Below, piece after piece: positions 42,031 to 55,556 of a stretch of 64,000 nucleotides of DNA. The stretch spans positions 1,736,001 to 1,800,000 of the forward strand of contig CM039003.1 of NCBI GenBank assembly GCA_017499595.2. Direction: 5' to 3'. Position numbers and translations under genes: made by a program. Position 1 is the stretch's first letter; each line of letters begins with the position of its first letter. This stretch comes from Psilocybe cubensis (Eukaryota). Under the pieces are notes generated by a model that saw nothing but the letters and a program-made list of their open reading frames with translations, was not told the DNA's origin and did not search any database.

Positions 42031-42644
42031 TTACGCTTGAACTGCCCTCGTTGATTGTTCTCTTTTCTTTGCAAACCACTCACTCTCCAATATCCCCATA
42101 TGGATACTGTCTTGCCATTTTCCATCGAAGAAGTTGGATTGGCGCTTTCTGCCCTCTTCAACACATCCACTTCGAAAAATTAGTCGGTAAAAATTTAATC
42201 GTAATGAAAAGACATACATTCTTTTATAGAGTTTGATGGCGCCAAGGTTGCTGTCCAAAACACCAAGGGAGATACGGTGGATAGCCAAATTCTTAAAGGC
42301 ATAATCGACCAAAAACTCAGTCACCTCTGAGACATATCCCTGGCCCCAGACGTCTGGGACGAGACCGATGCCAAAGTTCACGTCTCGGTTCTTGACGTTG
42401 GCGACTGTGATTGAGGCGGCGCCGATGACGCGAGGACCTGTAGGCTTATCGATAGCCTCGATGATGACATAGAGTAGGGCCTCGTTGGCGATCTCCTCAA
42501 TCTTTGTGGCAAAACGATGGTTTCGTGGCACGATGTGGTCGGATATCAGGGTGTTCTGGACGAGTGGGTTGTTGACGAACGCGAGAAGGTGAGGAAGATC
42601 GGCGGGACCGTAGGCCGGAGAATGGTGCGCTCTGTGGCGAACAT
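42031..42644 (-). pseudogene. RimJ/RimL-type GNAT acetyltransferase with an apparent 1-nt frameshift near codon 10 (pseudogene or sequencing error)
   Basis: MFATERTILR in one frame, AYGPADLPHLL...FGIGLVPDVWGQGY...IHRISLGVLDSNLGAIKLYK...EEGRKR...W in another. One 48-nt intron at 42170-42217. Confidence 0.75.
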
Positions 42645-43665
42645 TTTGACGGTGTCGTTAAGAGCGTTCTCGATGAAAACAATGTGAAGAGATGTTTCGG
42701 TGAAAATAAAAGGGATTTCTGAGTGGGTGCTATGCCATTTTTTGACTCTAGTGCTACTCAATTCTCTTTTCTACGATGTTGTTTAATTTTTAAAACCATG
42801 TGGAACAGTCTGGAACAGTTTAACCGACGTGCTTGGTAGTAAAATTCATGTGGTGTACATTATGGCGGTATTTGAATCCATCAATTTAACACTTCTTCAG
42901 CTGAATATTTGGAGCAGGCAGTAATTCTGACATATGTGTTGTAATCTGATAAGATTCAGCTTGGCAAACTGAGATTATGTGGGCCAATCGCGTCTGATAA
43001 GCAAATCAAAAGCAAACGAGATCATTTGGACACAACAGGATTCCCGGTCCTCGAGTCAAGCCGGAAAGAAAGCCGAAAGAGTCGTGTGTTTATTCAGCCG
43101 AATCTGAATCCTCCATGGCGCGCCTCACGCCCTCTCATGCTTTCCAATGGGGAAAAGACAAGGAAAAGAAGAACACCAAGAAAGAAGAGCGTGCCAACCG
43201 TCGTATGGCCATGGGCGAATTCAAGAGGAGATGTTTGCCGAATGAAAGACATATTAAGCAGGTTGCAGAATGTTTTGGCTTGACGAAAGAGCTGTCAATT
43301 CAGTTATCAATCTTCGTTTTCCGCCGGAAGGATGAGGTATAGGCTCGGATATGCTCAGCGTAAGTGACCTCAACGCAGCATGATCGTAAATTTGAGGGTG
43401 AAGAGGTGCAGGATACAAAAAATCCAAATTCAACCTGATATATATGACTATATAATTTGTCAGACATCGGACACCAACTTCGAGATGAGAGTAGAAATTC
43501 AACGCTCATACTCACTAGTGAAGGCCGTAGACGAAGTCATGTAGATAAGATTAGATGTGCCAACAAATCCGTGGCGCCAAGGAAACCCAACACGGAGGGC
43601 AACGCGACTTGGTTTGTTTTCACCACTGTGCAGTTTTGCCCATATAACGCGACCCACGACGCCAT

Positions 43666-46600
43666 ATGTTGACCCTCCGCGCTGTGAGGCAATACATACC
43701 ACGCATACCGGGTCGAACGGGTTCAGTGGGATGGAGAGGAGTGCTTGTCGTTGGGCTGTCAGCAGCGGGCTGGAGGTCAATTTCAAGTCACGTCTGTTGT
43801 GGAGATATCCGAGCAAGATCTTCGATTAATGCTCTTGCTTTGAGATCCTTCTCATCCTCTGTTTCCCATCTGTTCTTCTCAGCCACATCATCCAGTACTC
43901 CTGCAATGTCCTTTACTGCTCCACAACCTCCTCCGACTTGGGAGCATACTACGAAAGACATTCATGACCTCACCAAAGATGCCATTGACAAGTACAAGGC
44001 TACTATGGATCGTATTGGCGCTCTTGATCCAAAGGAGTGCAATTTCACATCTGTGAGTGTATACATTAACACGTTAATATGGTCCACTCACCGTTTCCAT
44101 TAATTGATCAGGTATTTGTAAGTGAAGCTTACCCAAGGCCCATTATCCCAAGTCCGGAGCGCGACCCCTAAATCAGACGTTCGTTATAGACAGCACTTGC
44201 AGAAGCGGACGAGGTATTTGATAAAGTAACCGAACCATTAGCATTCTACCAGAATGTCTCCGCATCGAAAGAACTTCGGGATGCCTCCAATGAGGCTGAA
44301 TCTACAATCCGGGACTTCGGTGTCGAAACTTCTATGCGCATCGATGTCTTCAACGCAAAGGTTGCTGCTGAAAAGAATGTCAAGGAATCTGGCCAGTGGG
44401 ATAAATTATCGCCTGAAGAACAACGTCTCGTCGAAAAGCTGGTGAGTTTCCTCTTCTTAGATATCTTCTTCGTAACTTAACATCACTTCGACGAAAAGGT
44501 TTTGGATGGTACACGAGCAGGGCTAGCACTTCCAAAAGAGAAGAGAGACGAATTGACCAATCTCAAGAAGGAATTGTCTCAAGTCTGCTTGGAGTTCCAT
44601 GTATGCTTATTCCATTGTCTGTAATTGTCATTGCTAACTTTGAAAATAGAAAAACTTCAATGAAGAAAATGTAAATGGAATTTCGCGGGTTAAATTTTAC
44701 GCCTGACATTGGATCGTAACAGGGTACCATTGCTTTTACTGAAGAGGAGCTCAAGGGCGTCCCTAAAGACGTGGTCTCTGGCTACATTAGACGCACTGAA
44801 GGCGACGTCGAACTTTATGACGTGACTTTCAAAACTCCGGACATCTTCCCTATCGTAAGTCAAAATGCCTCATCGGTTGGTTGTTATAGTGTGTCAACTT
44901 TAAGGTGTCTAGTTCAAATTTGCTGAAAATCCAGAAACCCGTAAAAAAGCTCAAGAAGGTCATGAAGCACGTCTCGCTTCCAATGTCCCCCTTCTTGACA
45001 AAGCCTTGAATCTACGACGTCAAATTGCCACGCTTCTTGGATACAAGACCTGGTACGCAAGACCTTGCCTCTTTCTCATAGGAATTTATTGAAAAGCGTC
45101 TAGGGCAGATTACATCACAGAAGTAAAGATGATTAAAACCGGAAAGGGTGTGGAAGACGTAAGTTCAGACTGTGAATAATCTCTAATAATTCTCAAACTA
45201 TTTGCCGTCATAGTTCCTTAATGACCTTGAAGAAAAGCTTCTACCTGTCGGTCTCAAGGATAGAGATACACTTCTTGCAATGAAAAAGAAAGAACACGAA
45301 GCCAAGGGTCTTCCATTTGACGGCAAATTTTATATTTGGGATTATCGCTACTATGATCGCAAATACATTGAAGAAACGCTGGATCTGGATGACTCTCTAG
45401 TCAAAGAGTACTTCCCAGTCTCTGTGGTGGTTCCGGCCATTTTGGAAATCTATCAGAACCTCCTAGGAGTGAGGTTCGAAGAACTCAAGGACGCGTCTAT
45501 CTGGCATCCAGGTGTGTAAACCCGCATACGAATTCGGTATATATATCGACAACTAATGATTTGTTCTTACAGAGGTTCAAGCGTATGCTGTCTGGGAGAA
45601 AGATGCAAAGGATGAATCGGGATTCCTTGGCTACTGCTATCTTGATCTCTTCCCGAGGCGTCTGTTGTTTCTTTAATTTATATTTTCTCGTGTCTGATAA
45701 AAACATTTCTAGCTGGAAAATATTCACATGCTGCTGTCTGGCCCATTTTTTCTGGTTACGAGCTCCCCGATGGAAAGCGAAGCTACCCACTTACGGCTAT
45801 GGTTGCCAATTTGGCCAAGCCCACACCTGATAAACCTGCACTCATGCGCCACGACGATGTTGTAACGTTCTTCCATGAGATGGGCCATGTATTCCACGGT
45901 CTCCTTAGCAGGACCAAGTATGCTAGATTCCACGGTACAAGGTATGTTGAGGATATGTGCTAGAGATGTTGAGATATTGATTTATCTTTCAGTGTTGCGC
46001 GTGACTTCGTTGAGGCTCCTTCTCAGATGTTGGAGAACTGGTGCTGGGAGCCTAAGGTCCTTCAGAAAATGTCGAGTCATTACCAGACAAAGGAACCGCT
46101 CTCATCCGAACTCATTGAAAAACTTGTCAAGAGGTTAGAACCTTTTCCTCTTCATTTATTTATGTCCAAGTTCACTCATAACAATGACTAGCCGTTATGT
46201 GAACGTCGGTCTTTTCTACCTTAGGCAATTGTTCTTCGCAAAGTTTGATTTGAAAGTCCACACTGACCAAAGTGCGTAAATTGGTTGCAAATAGCTTTTG
46301 AGCATAGACTAACGGCGCTAAAACAGCGGCGGATGATTATACTCGCCTCTGGTGCAACTTGCGAGAGAAAATTTCGCTTGTCAGTCACGACAAAGAACTT
46401 CCCGGTCAGGGCACGTTTGGCCACATTACTGGTGGCTACGATGCGGGCTATTATGGGTAATATCTATTAATACTTCTCCTTTTTCATCCTATCTGACAGG
46501 ACGTGATTGTTTCAAGTTACACATACTCCTTGGTGTTCGCAGCAGATATGTACTGTAAGTTCGAGACCGCCATATGAGATCTCAGAACCGGTCATACTCA

Positions 46601-46866
46601 CGGCACTGTTTACAGCCACCGTCTTTAAGGCTGACCCACTTGATCCCACCCGCGGGAAACTCTACCGTGACAAGATCCTTCGTCCTGGTGGAAGTCGCGA
46701 AGAGCTGGATACTTTGACGGTAAACGACAAACGATTACTCAATTTTTTTTCTTGCACTGATTGGACGATAATGCAGGACTTCCTCGGACGACCACCAAAC
46801 AGCGAGGCATTCCTTGAAGAACTCTTTGGTACAGTTCCTGCGTCGAAGACAGCAGCCAACCTCTAG
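43666..46866 (+). CDS. Peptidase M3A (thimet oligopeptidase/saccharolysin Prd1-like), many exons
   Basis: WDYRYY, VKEYFP, YLDLFPRPGKYSHAA, TFFHEMGH (HExxH), RDFVEAPSQMLENW, GYDAGYY, FLGRPPNSEAFL. Second in-frame ATG at 43906. Confidence 0.93.
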
Positions 46867-47187
46867 GCCTGAAATCATTTGAATGCGCAGCCTGTGTTTG
46901 GACATTGAGGAATACAATCTAACTAAGAAGGCAAGTGATTAGTTCACTTAAAGTAAAATGTAACAAGTGGGAAGGTCACTCTAGCTTAAGAGTTAGGATT
47001 ATTGTGATAAAGATAGGGGAGGTCAATATCGAATAATTTAAGACCATTGAAAATGCCATTTAGCCCACCAACTTGGAAAGAAAGATAGAAAGAGATTATT
47101 ACATGGAAAGTGAGAAGGGTTTCGAAAGATGATCAAATATCAAGACATGCAATAAAGACACTTTTTGATGGTGAGTTGAGCAGAAGT

Positions 47188-49408
47188 CTACCCTGCAACC
47201 TTGACACCGGCGCTTTCGTCATCGAGATCATTTTCATTGTCATTTTCATCCTCGTTTTCATCTTCCTCAACTGGTTCGCCCTCATTGACGGGACCAAAGC
47301 GCCTGTCATTTCGGCTACCTGGACCGCCGTCGCGTCTGTTGTCGTCTTTTTGTATTTCGTCGCGCATGATTTGCACATCCTGGTCGACTTTAGCCGCAAC
47401 ACGATCAATTCCAGCCTCAGCAAGGGATATATGAGTCCGCTGGGTAGACAAGTGAGCAGATTTCCTCGGGGGTCGCTTGAGTCGACGACGAGCGACCTGA
47501 ATAATAATAGTTGGTGAGTGAATGACATCGAGTAAGTTGTCAAAAAAAAAGCGAACCATCACAGGTACAGAGCATTTCTACAGGGAGGGGTAAGTTCAAA
47601 ATCCGGAACAACAAGAACTCATAGACATACCTGTATGAGATAGTGGGATGTGGAACCAAGTAGGATTCTACGCGGATATTAATGTAAGATCTGTGGGATT
47701 TCTGATGATATGCATACCCATTCAATTGGCCCAAACCACGAGACCCCACTATCAGCATGATAGGTTCAATATGGTCGACAATATCTATAAGCAAGTTACG
47801 TGAATGGAATAGTTATTTCAAGGTCTACAAAGAAGCGTACCAAGTAACATATGCCTGGAATTCTTGGCATGCCATGCTTGACATGATATGGTTACATTCA
47901 GCTTCGTGCGTTGGAGTAAGCCGGTCACTTGGCGAACGAGAATGTACGCCAGTCCTTGTCGCTGGAAAAAGATTGAGAAAGAATAATCAAAGACGCTACA
48001 AGAGCTCAAACCTCTTGTTGGCTTCTCAGCTTCACTGCGCGATCGGCAGCATTGGGGATTGCAGGGTCAACTAATTCTCTGCCGTCATTTCAACTGATGC
48101 TAATTTGATTAAGTAAAACTGACCTTTCGACTCATTCTCAACGACTGTAACAATGGTCATCTCATCGCCATCACGTAAAACAGTCCCAATACCCCATTCC
48201 ACAGCATATCGACTTTCTTCACTGAGATCACTTGCGACGACATAACGCCTCTTTCGTCTGTCGCCAAGTTTTCCCTCCGGATCACCTTGAGTTAAAGTAA
48301 TTGTACATCTATCGCGTTGGAAAACGGGTCGTGATGTATTGTAAGGCAATGGTTCGTGTGTTTTGACGGACTTCCGCCTGCGGGGGTTCCGTTTTCCTCG
48401 TGAATTCGTGCCCAGAGCATTGAGAGAACTGGGGAAGTAAGGTTCTGGCGCGACAACGACATTGACACCTTCTCCTACCGGATCCGGATCTTCAATCTCA
48501 TGGGCGGCAGTCGAGGGATCGACAACAGGCGGGATAATAGCATTGCGCTCAGTATTGAGCTCCGTGATCGGATCGAAGGTGTCCTCCTGGTCGCTAGACG
48601 ACGCGTAGTCGGTCTCTGCGTCGGTGGTGAACTCGTCGCCGGATTCGTCGTCCGTGTAAGCAGTGGTTCGCGGGAGAACGGACGAAGAAGTATCCGATAG
48701 GTCAGCATCGGACTGACTCATACGAACAGGTTCCGGAGTGGGAGAGGGTTCGCGATTGCGAAAACGTCGGAATGTGAAGGGCGACTGGGATCTGGCTCGC
48801 GAGACACTGCGAGACTGCTTCCCGTCGTCGCCTGGAGCCTGGGAGGCGGATTTGATGCGCTTCACCTTGAGCATAGATCGTCCTCTGTCTTTGTCTTTAT
48901 CCTCTACAATGGTGCTCTCTCGTGTGCTTGTCCTCGATAGAGAGAGAGAAGACGACAGTCCGCCCATCATCGACGAAAACGACTTGCCAAAGGAGCCTCC
49001 ATTCTTGGTGGAGTCAGGAGACTTGGCCGAAGATGGGTTCTGTTGTTGAGAGTTTGTGCGTTCGAGTGCGTGCGCGATGAGCTGAGTAGCTTGGTTATCG
49101 AGAGTCTGAGGGGAAACCTTGGGCGAATAAGTCAGTATAGACTTCGATGACCATCGCTTCGGAGTTGAGGGTCTAGATGGAGGTGCAGCATCACCCGCAG
49201 CGTGCTGTATGGTAGATGAACTAGGGACAATGACAAAAGAATCGGGGTCTGGGGTAGAGGAAATAGGAGATTCTAACAGGCCAGATGCCCTGTTCTCCGT
49301 TGGAGGGCTCGTCTTTGGGGTGGACGGCCTGGAGGAACTGCCAGCAGCTTTAGGTATAAACGAAGACCAGCCACGCCTCTGACTGGTAGGCTGATTGTCT
49401 GCACTCAT
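47188..49408 (-). CDS. Universal stress protein (UspA)-domain protein with long Ser-rich N-terminus; a further upstream exon (~49471-49537) is possible
   Basis: RRYVVASDLSEESRYAVEWGIGTVLRDGD, MLIVGSRGLG, ILLGSTSHYLIQKCSVPVMV. Confidence 0.85.
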
Positions 49409-50255
49409 GTAGGCGTTGGGATGCAAGCACAAGAGACTCCGGCGTTAAAAATAAAAAGAGTACGACTCACCGATGCAGATTTCGACTCTTCTCCGGATGG
49501 CTGCTGATATGTCAGTCCTCAGGATCTTGGCGAACATTATGTATGGATGTACGTACATGGCTCATTTCACCCTGCGATTTGTTTCCAAGGTGGATGTGGT
49601 GACTCTAGAAGAAGGGAAGATAATCTGAAATTTCAAATTTGAAATCCTAGTCCTTTATCACCTACGTACAAGTTACCATCTAGCCTGCAGTATCGACTGC
49701 CATCTGCTTTGTTTCACACAATCTCATAAGACGGGACCCCGAGCAATCACAGTCATACCCCATATCTGGCAAAACCTCCCAAATCTTCCGCCATATTCAC
49801 CAGGCAAAGTGTTCGAAAGCGGATACTCGAAATATCACCACAAATATCCACGCTGATCAAATGGTCATATGGGGTCCTCATCTCCCTTTGTTGCCAAGTG
49901 CACTCATTCTTGTCAGATACAAGTCCTAATATGTCTCGAGAGCGGGTAAAATGGTGTAATTATAACACTACATAAGTAGGACTGATTTGCTACATGACGA
50001 GGAGCCCCTCAAACACATTAAAAAGAGTTAAGTATCAAACAATAGGACTTGTAAATGTGTAATACTCTAATTGGATATCATGTCGCGTAGATGATAAGCA
50101 CGCGTAAAAGTTATTTTGTGTTGGCGTGTCCATGATATGGTTTGACTTGATGGAATAACCATTTCTACAACCCAAATTGATGCTCAATACAAAAAAGCAC
50201 ATAGATATTACAACTTACTACATACAAACGAAGTGCGCAACCACTAGTCGGACAA

Positions 50256-53200
50256 TTATTTGTTTTGAATATCACTGCCTGCTGGCCGTGCCACAGACAT
50301 GTCTTTTGATGATTCTACAGGTAGATCCGTATTCTGTTCGACAGGTGGCTGAGTTTCCACAGATTCTCCTTTCTCATTTCCCGTCGATGATTCCTGTGGT
50401 ACAAAAGACTGTTCCGTGGACGATACTTGACGTTCGACAGCTACCTGCTCAGACTTCACACGAGATGGTTCTGGGAAGAACGGACTGATCTGTGGAATGT
50501 AAACGCCTTGGCCATACACAATTTTCGGCAATCCAGCCAAAAGCTGCTCTTTTCTCTCCATCTCCTTCCTGCCAGCTCTTGCAAGCCTGCGGTATTTTTC
50601 GACGGATTCCTGTGCCAACGTAAATGAGTCAGCATTGAAGGCCTTCGAGACCGTTTCGTTGGCCTTATTAAAGCTGAGATTCTCCCAGTACTTCTCTGCG
50701 TCTTCAAGAGACACCGATGAAGGAAGCGAGAGTGTCCGTTTCTTGCGCTTGAGCATCGAATTGTAGTCTGACCAAAGCAGTTCCTGTGAAAGGTCGACGC
50801 GTTCGATTTTGTAATTAATGTCCCCTGATATTTTCAATGAAGATATGTGAGAAATGGCTTTGCAAGGTCAATAGAAGAAGAGTGTCCCACATTTCGCCTC
50901 GATTGCTCCCAACGCCGCGTTCGGTCGAGCCGGTACACCATTGAGCTTATGTTCAACGGTAACATGGAGTTTCTTTATAGGTTTCTCACCCTCGCCACTC
51001 CATTCAGCAGGTTGGATGTAGATTCCAAGCAATTTACCGGGTTGGGGCGTTTCAACTACACATTGCAGCGACTATACAGTACAGGACCGACATTGTGAGA
51101 AAGGTATAAATATCGCCTTTGTAAGAGCACTGACCTGTCCAGGATAACACTTTACCGCCTCTTCAAGAATTGCTTCGAGCAATCTTATGCAATGGTTGAA
51201 AAGCTTGTTCCCAACTCCCGGCACTGATCCAAGTAGCCGCTCGTCCATTTCGTCCAGCGAAATATACTGGAAGCCAAAAATTCGCTCCGTATTGTGGTAC
51301 GCGACCATGACACCGTCCATGTTGCCAATCCTGACTTGGAAACTTGCGAAATATTGGATAAAACCCACCAGTTCACGCTAATATGTGACATACCTATACT
51401 TCAAAAACGCGGAGCGAATTAAATCATAGTATTCCTTCTCAAAACTTTCAAGTACACCATGTTGTTTTTTGATCATGTAACCTGCGTTCTCCTGCGTTGC
51501 CACGGGCACGACAATCGGTAAAGTATTCGCAAAAGATTAAACTAACTTACTTCGTAGTTCAAAATATCCATACGGATTGAGACACAAGCACGCGTTTTGA
51601 TATCAAAAACGCCTGTCCCGGGTAATCGAGAATCAACGCAATCCAATTGTGAACGCATGACAAATTTATCGGACTATTCCAGGTCAAAAAGACAGAAACC
51701 TTAAATCAAGAAAAGAAATGCATACCTTAGCGTACCGATATGCTTCTTTCTTCGGAGGCGGAACTGCTTCATTTTCGACAGGAGATGACTCCACTCTCAT
51801 GAAGGCATTGAATTCTTCTGGAGATTTGGTCACAAAATTTTCCAGAAGCGTACCCTGGGTGATGCATTAATGAATGACAAGACAAGAGACGGTATCGCAT
51901 ACCATCCAAGTCAAGATATTTCTGTCTGGATCGTCCCATTCAGTTGACATAGAGTCAATGGCATAAATTCCATCTTCGTAGTTCAGCTTGACCATGGCAG
52001 GCATGCGCTGGCCTGGAGTAAAAGTTGTAGGCTAATAACCGGTACAGATTAGGACCAGATATACAAGAAGCGATGAAGAGATATTCACTTCGTGTTTAAA
52101 ATACTGGCTTAAAATAGTGGCGTCGATTTCTTTATATTCCGTTAATAGAAAATAGATATGACTGAGCATCCCAGACAACGAAGAGGTTGACCCAGCAAAT
52201 TTTTTTTGTTCTCGGGTAGCCATTATGTGTAAATCCTGAACGAGAAGGTTGGTTGGTGAGGTAGAGTAATGTAAATATAGCAGAAACAAACCTTGTCCCG
52301 AGAACTACTAATAAAACCTGTAAGCCTTTCAAAAGCAAAGTCATTGACTTTGGGGATCTTTTCTAGCCACGGTGTGAAGTTATAGACGTGTGATCGTGGA
52401 TCTTGCAGCCAATGGACACCTGGACTGATGGAAAGAAAATACTCAGAACATAACACAAGAAAAGCAGAAAGCTAGTGACATACTTGAAAAGAACGCGATC
52501 CAATCCATGCGATAGCGTAGCAATAGGATTGTGCTCTGAAATGGGAGCAACATCTAAAAGCATTTATTGTTTAGAAAGCACATCTGCAGGATGTGTCTGA
52601 AGCTTACCTTTCAATACAGACCCAGTTTCTTCCACACTTTTGCCCTCGGACAAAAATGATGTGGGCGGAGCATGAGGAGGAGGAGGACGGTCTATTTCAG
52701 ATGTTATTACTGTTATAAAAAGGTTAGCAGGTTAAGGAGAGAAGAGGTAGAAATGAAACGTACGCTGTGACTTTTGCACCTGAGAGTCCGTGGAGTAGCG
52801 AAATTTTGACATGGGTGAATAATCTTCACCGGACGACGACGGGGATTCATGGTTTGCAGCAAACTTCGGAGTCTGCTCTGGAGGCTTCGAAGTTGCTTCT
52901 GTGGAGGGTGGGTCTCTTGCGACCATTTGATTGAGCTTGTGCCGGAGAGTCTCTACCACCAAATTTGGCTTCGAGAGTGGTTTTGCTGGTACATGAGGTT
53001 TCCGCTTGAGATTTTTGGTCGAGGGGTTCGGAAAAGTGGAAGGGCCTGGATCTGATGAAACCGATGATGCCAATTTGTGACGAGGCCGTAGTTTGGACGA
53101 TTTGGATGTCAATGCAGGGGAAGACGCGTCGGAGGATTTGAGAGCGTTGTCGGATTCAACGAGGGAATGCAAATACGAGGCAGACCTGGTGAGCGATGGC

Positions 53201-53277
53201 TCACCAGAACGTATACTAGAGGCATGAATGCATCGTGGTGGAGATACAAGCCAAGAAGCTGCAGCTCTGGTGGTCAT
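50256..53277 (-). CDS. PET127: Mitochondrial RNA 5'-end processing protein Pet127
   Basis: Presequence-like N-terminus, LSHGLDRVLF, PGVHWLQDPRS, GSTSSLSGMLSHIYFL, FVMRSQLDC, GVFDIKTRA, QVRIGNMDGVMVAYHNT. Confidence 0.92.
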
Positions 53278-53511
53278 CTAAGGAGCGAGTTCAAAGTAAA
53301 GTCAACGGCGAGAATAGCTTTGAAAAGAAAACTAGTGACAAGCCCAGGACCAAAGTCACGTGTATGTTCGGCCCGTCATTGCCGCTCACCAAAATGATCC
53401 ATTTATGGGATTGCCGCAATTGAATCCGCAGGCGACAACTCCACATTGGACAACTACAGTCATTGCTCAGGTTCCTAGTTAGCGCGTAAACCTCTCGGAT
53501 CGGCCGCTAGC

Positions 53512-54658
53512 ATGCCAGGTTTCTTCGCCTCAATATTCCAATGGATTAGCGGGTATGAATCATTCTGTGTTATCCAGTCTATACTTTCAACAATTCATCT
53601 TTCTACAGCCTCTTTTTTTCGAAACAGGCCGAAATCGCTGTGGTGGGCCTACAGGTTTGCACCTTTGTTCTACGCGATTCTTCTTTCCTGCATGCTAATT
53701 CTAAAACTTTAATACAGGCCTCCGGAAAGACATCATTCGTCAACGTCATTACCTCGGGACAAGTGAGTCGAATCCAAAGCCGGAGCCGCTCGTCTGAGTG
53801 ACTTACCATTGCTGTGCGTAGTGGAGTGAAGATGTCGTTCCAACAGTTGCATTCAACTTTCGGAAAATCAGAAAAGGAAACGTAACTATGAAAATATGGG
53901 ATGTAGCAGGTCTGTCATTTATATCTTTCCTCGCCCATATGCTCATAAGCAATTACCTAGGCCAGCCCAAATTTCGGTCAATGTGGGAGCGGTATTGCAA
54001 TGGTGTGGATGCTATAGTGTACGTTAAGCAATTCCTTTTGACAGTCAGCCCCTGTTCATTATATCCAGGTTTGTTGTAGATTCCGTTGATGTTAGGCCAA
54101 TTCATTATTCTATTCGATTTATTGTGATCTGACTTTCCTTCAGCAAGATAAATTTAACACTGCCCGCTTCGAACTTCACCAGCTTCTAGGTCAGCCAACT
54201 CTCATTGGTGTCCCTTTGTTGGTGGTATGTTCTTCAGTGGCTTCATCGATCCTCGGGACATTTATTGGTATCTTTAGCTGGGAAATAAAAATGACATGAA
54301 TGGCCACGTCTCAGTTAAGGACCTAATACAAAATCTGTACGCCAGGATTATTGCTTGGTCGCACTATTCAATTTAATAATTCATCACAGACAATTGGACA
54401 AAATTACAGATCGTCCTGTATCTGTAAGTCAATGGCATTTCCTTTAGATGATTGCAGGTTGGCTGACTTTATCATTTCTTAGTGTTATTCGGTAACTATC
54501 ATAACCCTGACTGATACGATGCCATTATCTCATCTTTTCACAGTGTTCAATGAAGAGTCAACATAATCTGTGAGACAAATTATTGTAGCAAAGCATCCTA
54601 AAACTTACTTCTTAATAGCGACATCGTCCTTCAGTGGCTAGCAAGCCGAAGCCATTAA
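53512..54658 (+). CDS. ARL8: Arf-like small GTPase Arl8, many small exons
   Basis: [72 protein letters not shown]. No Gly2 myristoylation site, as in Arl8. Confidence 0.92.
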
Positions 54659-54966
54659 TCAGCAAGTGGTTTGGAATCACTCAGGATATTATAACATCGA
54701 GGGGTTACTTCGGCGTTCACCAACTCATCTTTACCATGTAGAATGTAAAGTATAATACTGGATCTGTAATATATCGCCCCAGGATGCAAGTTCAGGATAT
54801 GAAACTGAACTTTCGAAAACATCTCGCACAATAGTAATGCGATCGCTATCCAAACTGCAAAAAGTAAAGTCCGGTCTGGTTCGCAATGGTTGGGTTGATG
54901 TTGCTCTCTTAGCAAGTGAAATAGCAGTGCTAGTCGAGACTTGGGATTTCACAACGAGCAAGCAAG

Positions 54967-55341
54967 CTATCTCCTTTTCGCCATTTGAACCGTCAAGTTA
55001 TCGATATACATTTGCAGAGTCTCGTTTCCTGAAACGAGTTTGTCCACTTCTTTCTGTACTGTTTGCACTTTGGCCAACATGGCTACCGAACAAAACCTGT
55101 TACAACTCAATATTTGACCATTGGGGAACGCGCTTGCCTTTTAGATCTTCTTGTGCGGCAAGGATTTCTCTGGGATATGAGGTTTGATGATTTGTGCGGT
55201 TTGGAAAAGAAAGAAAACTAACTTCAATACTTGTTCCTTCCTCAATGTATCCCTGACAACACCAAGATCGCCACCACCTTCTCTGGGTGACACCACACCC
55301 CATGAAGGGCGTTCGTCTAGCGAGTAATCATCATAGTCCAT
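54967..55341 (-). CDS. Short coiled-coil protein (SCOC/Slo1, DUF2205-like), 88 aa, 3 exons
   Basis: Exons 55341-55223, 55169-55138 and 55082-54967 join in frame to ...KEQVLKEILAAQEDLKAMLAKVQTVQKEVDKLVSGNETLQMYIDNLTVQMAKRR*. Confidence 0.8.
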
Positions 55342-55556
55342 GTAGCAGATTTCAAGAGAAAAGACTCGCTTCACTAGGATAGCGTTGACGTGAAAAAGAA
55401 AATTCTGTTGAATCTGCAACTCAGGGCGGCCTTCACTAAGTGATCAATTAGCGATCACACGAAAGCGGACTTTCAAAGTCACGTTCAGCACTGACGCGTC
55501 GCGGTCCAAGAGGAGTTCCCTCCCTGAACTTTCTGTGATACATCTTCTCTCATACC

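Noticed and set aside
43026..43342. Lys/Arg-rich short ORFs between the GNAT and oligopeptidase genes
   Set aside because: No motif; the composition is explained by purine-rich promoter sequence.
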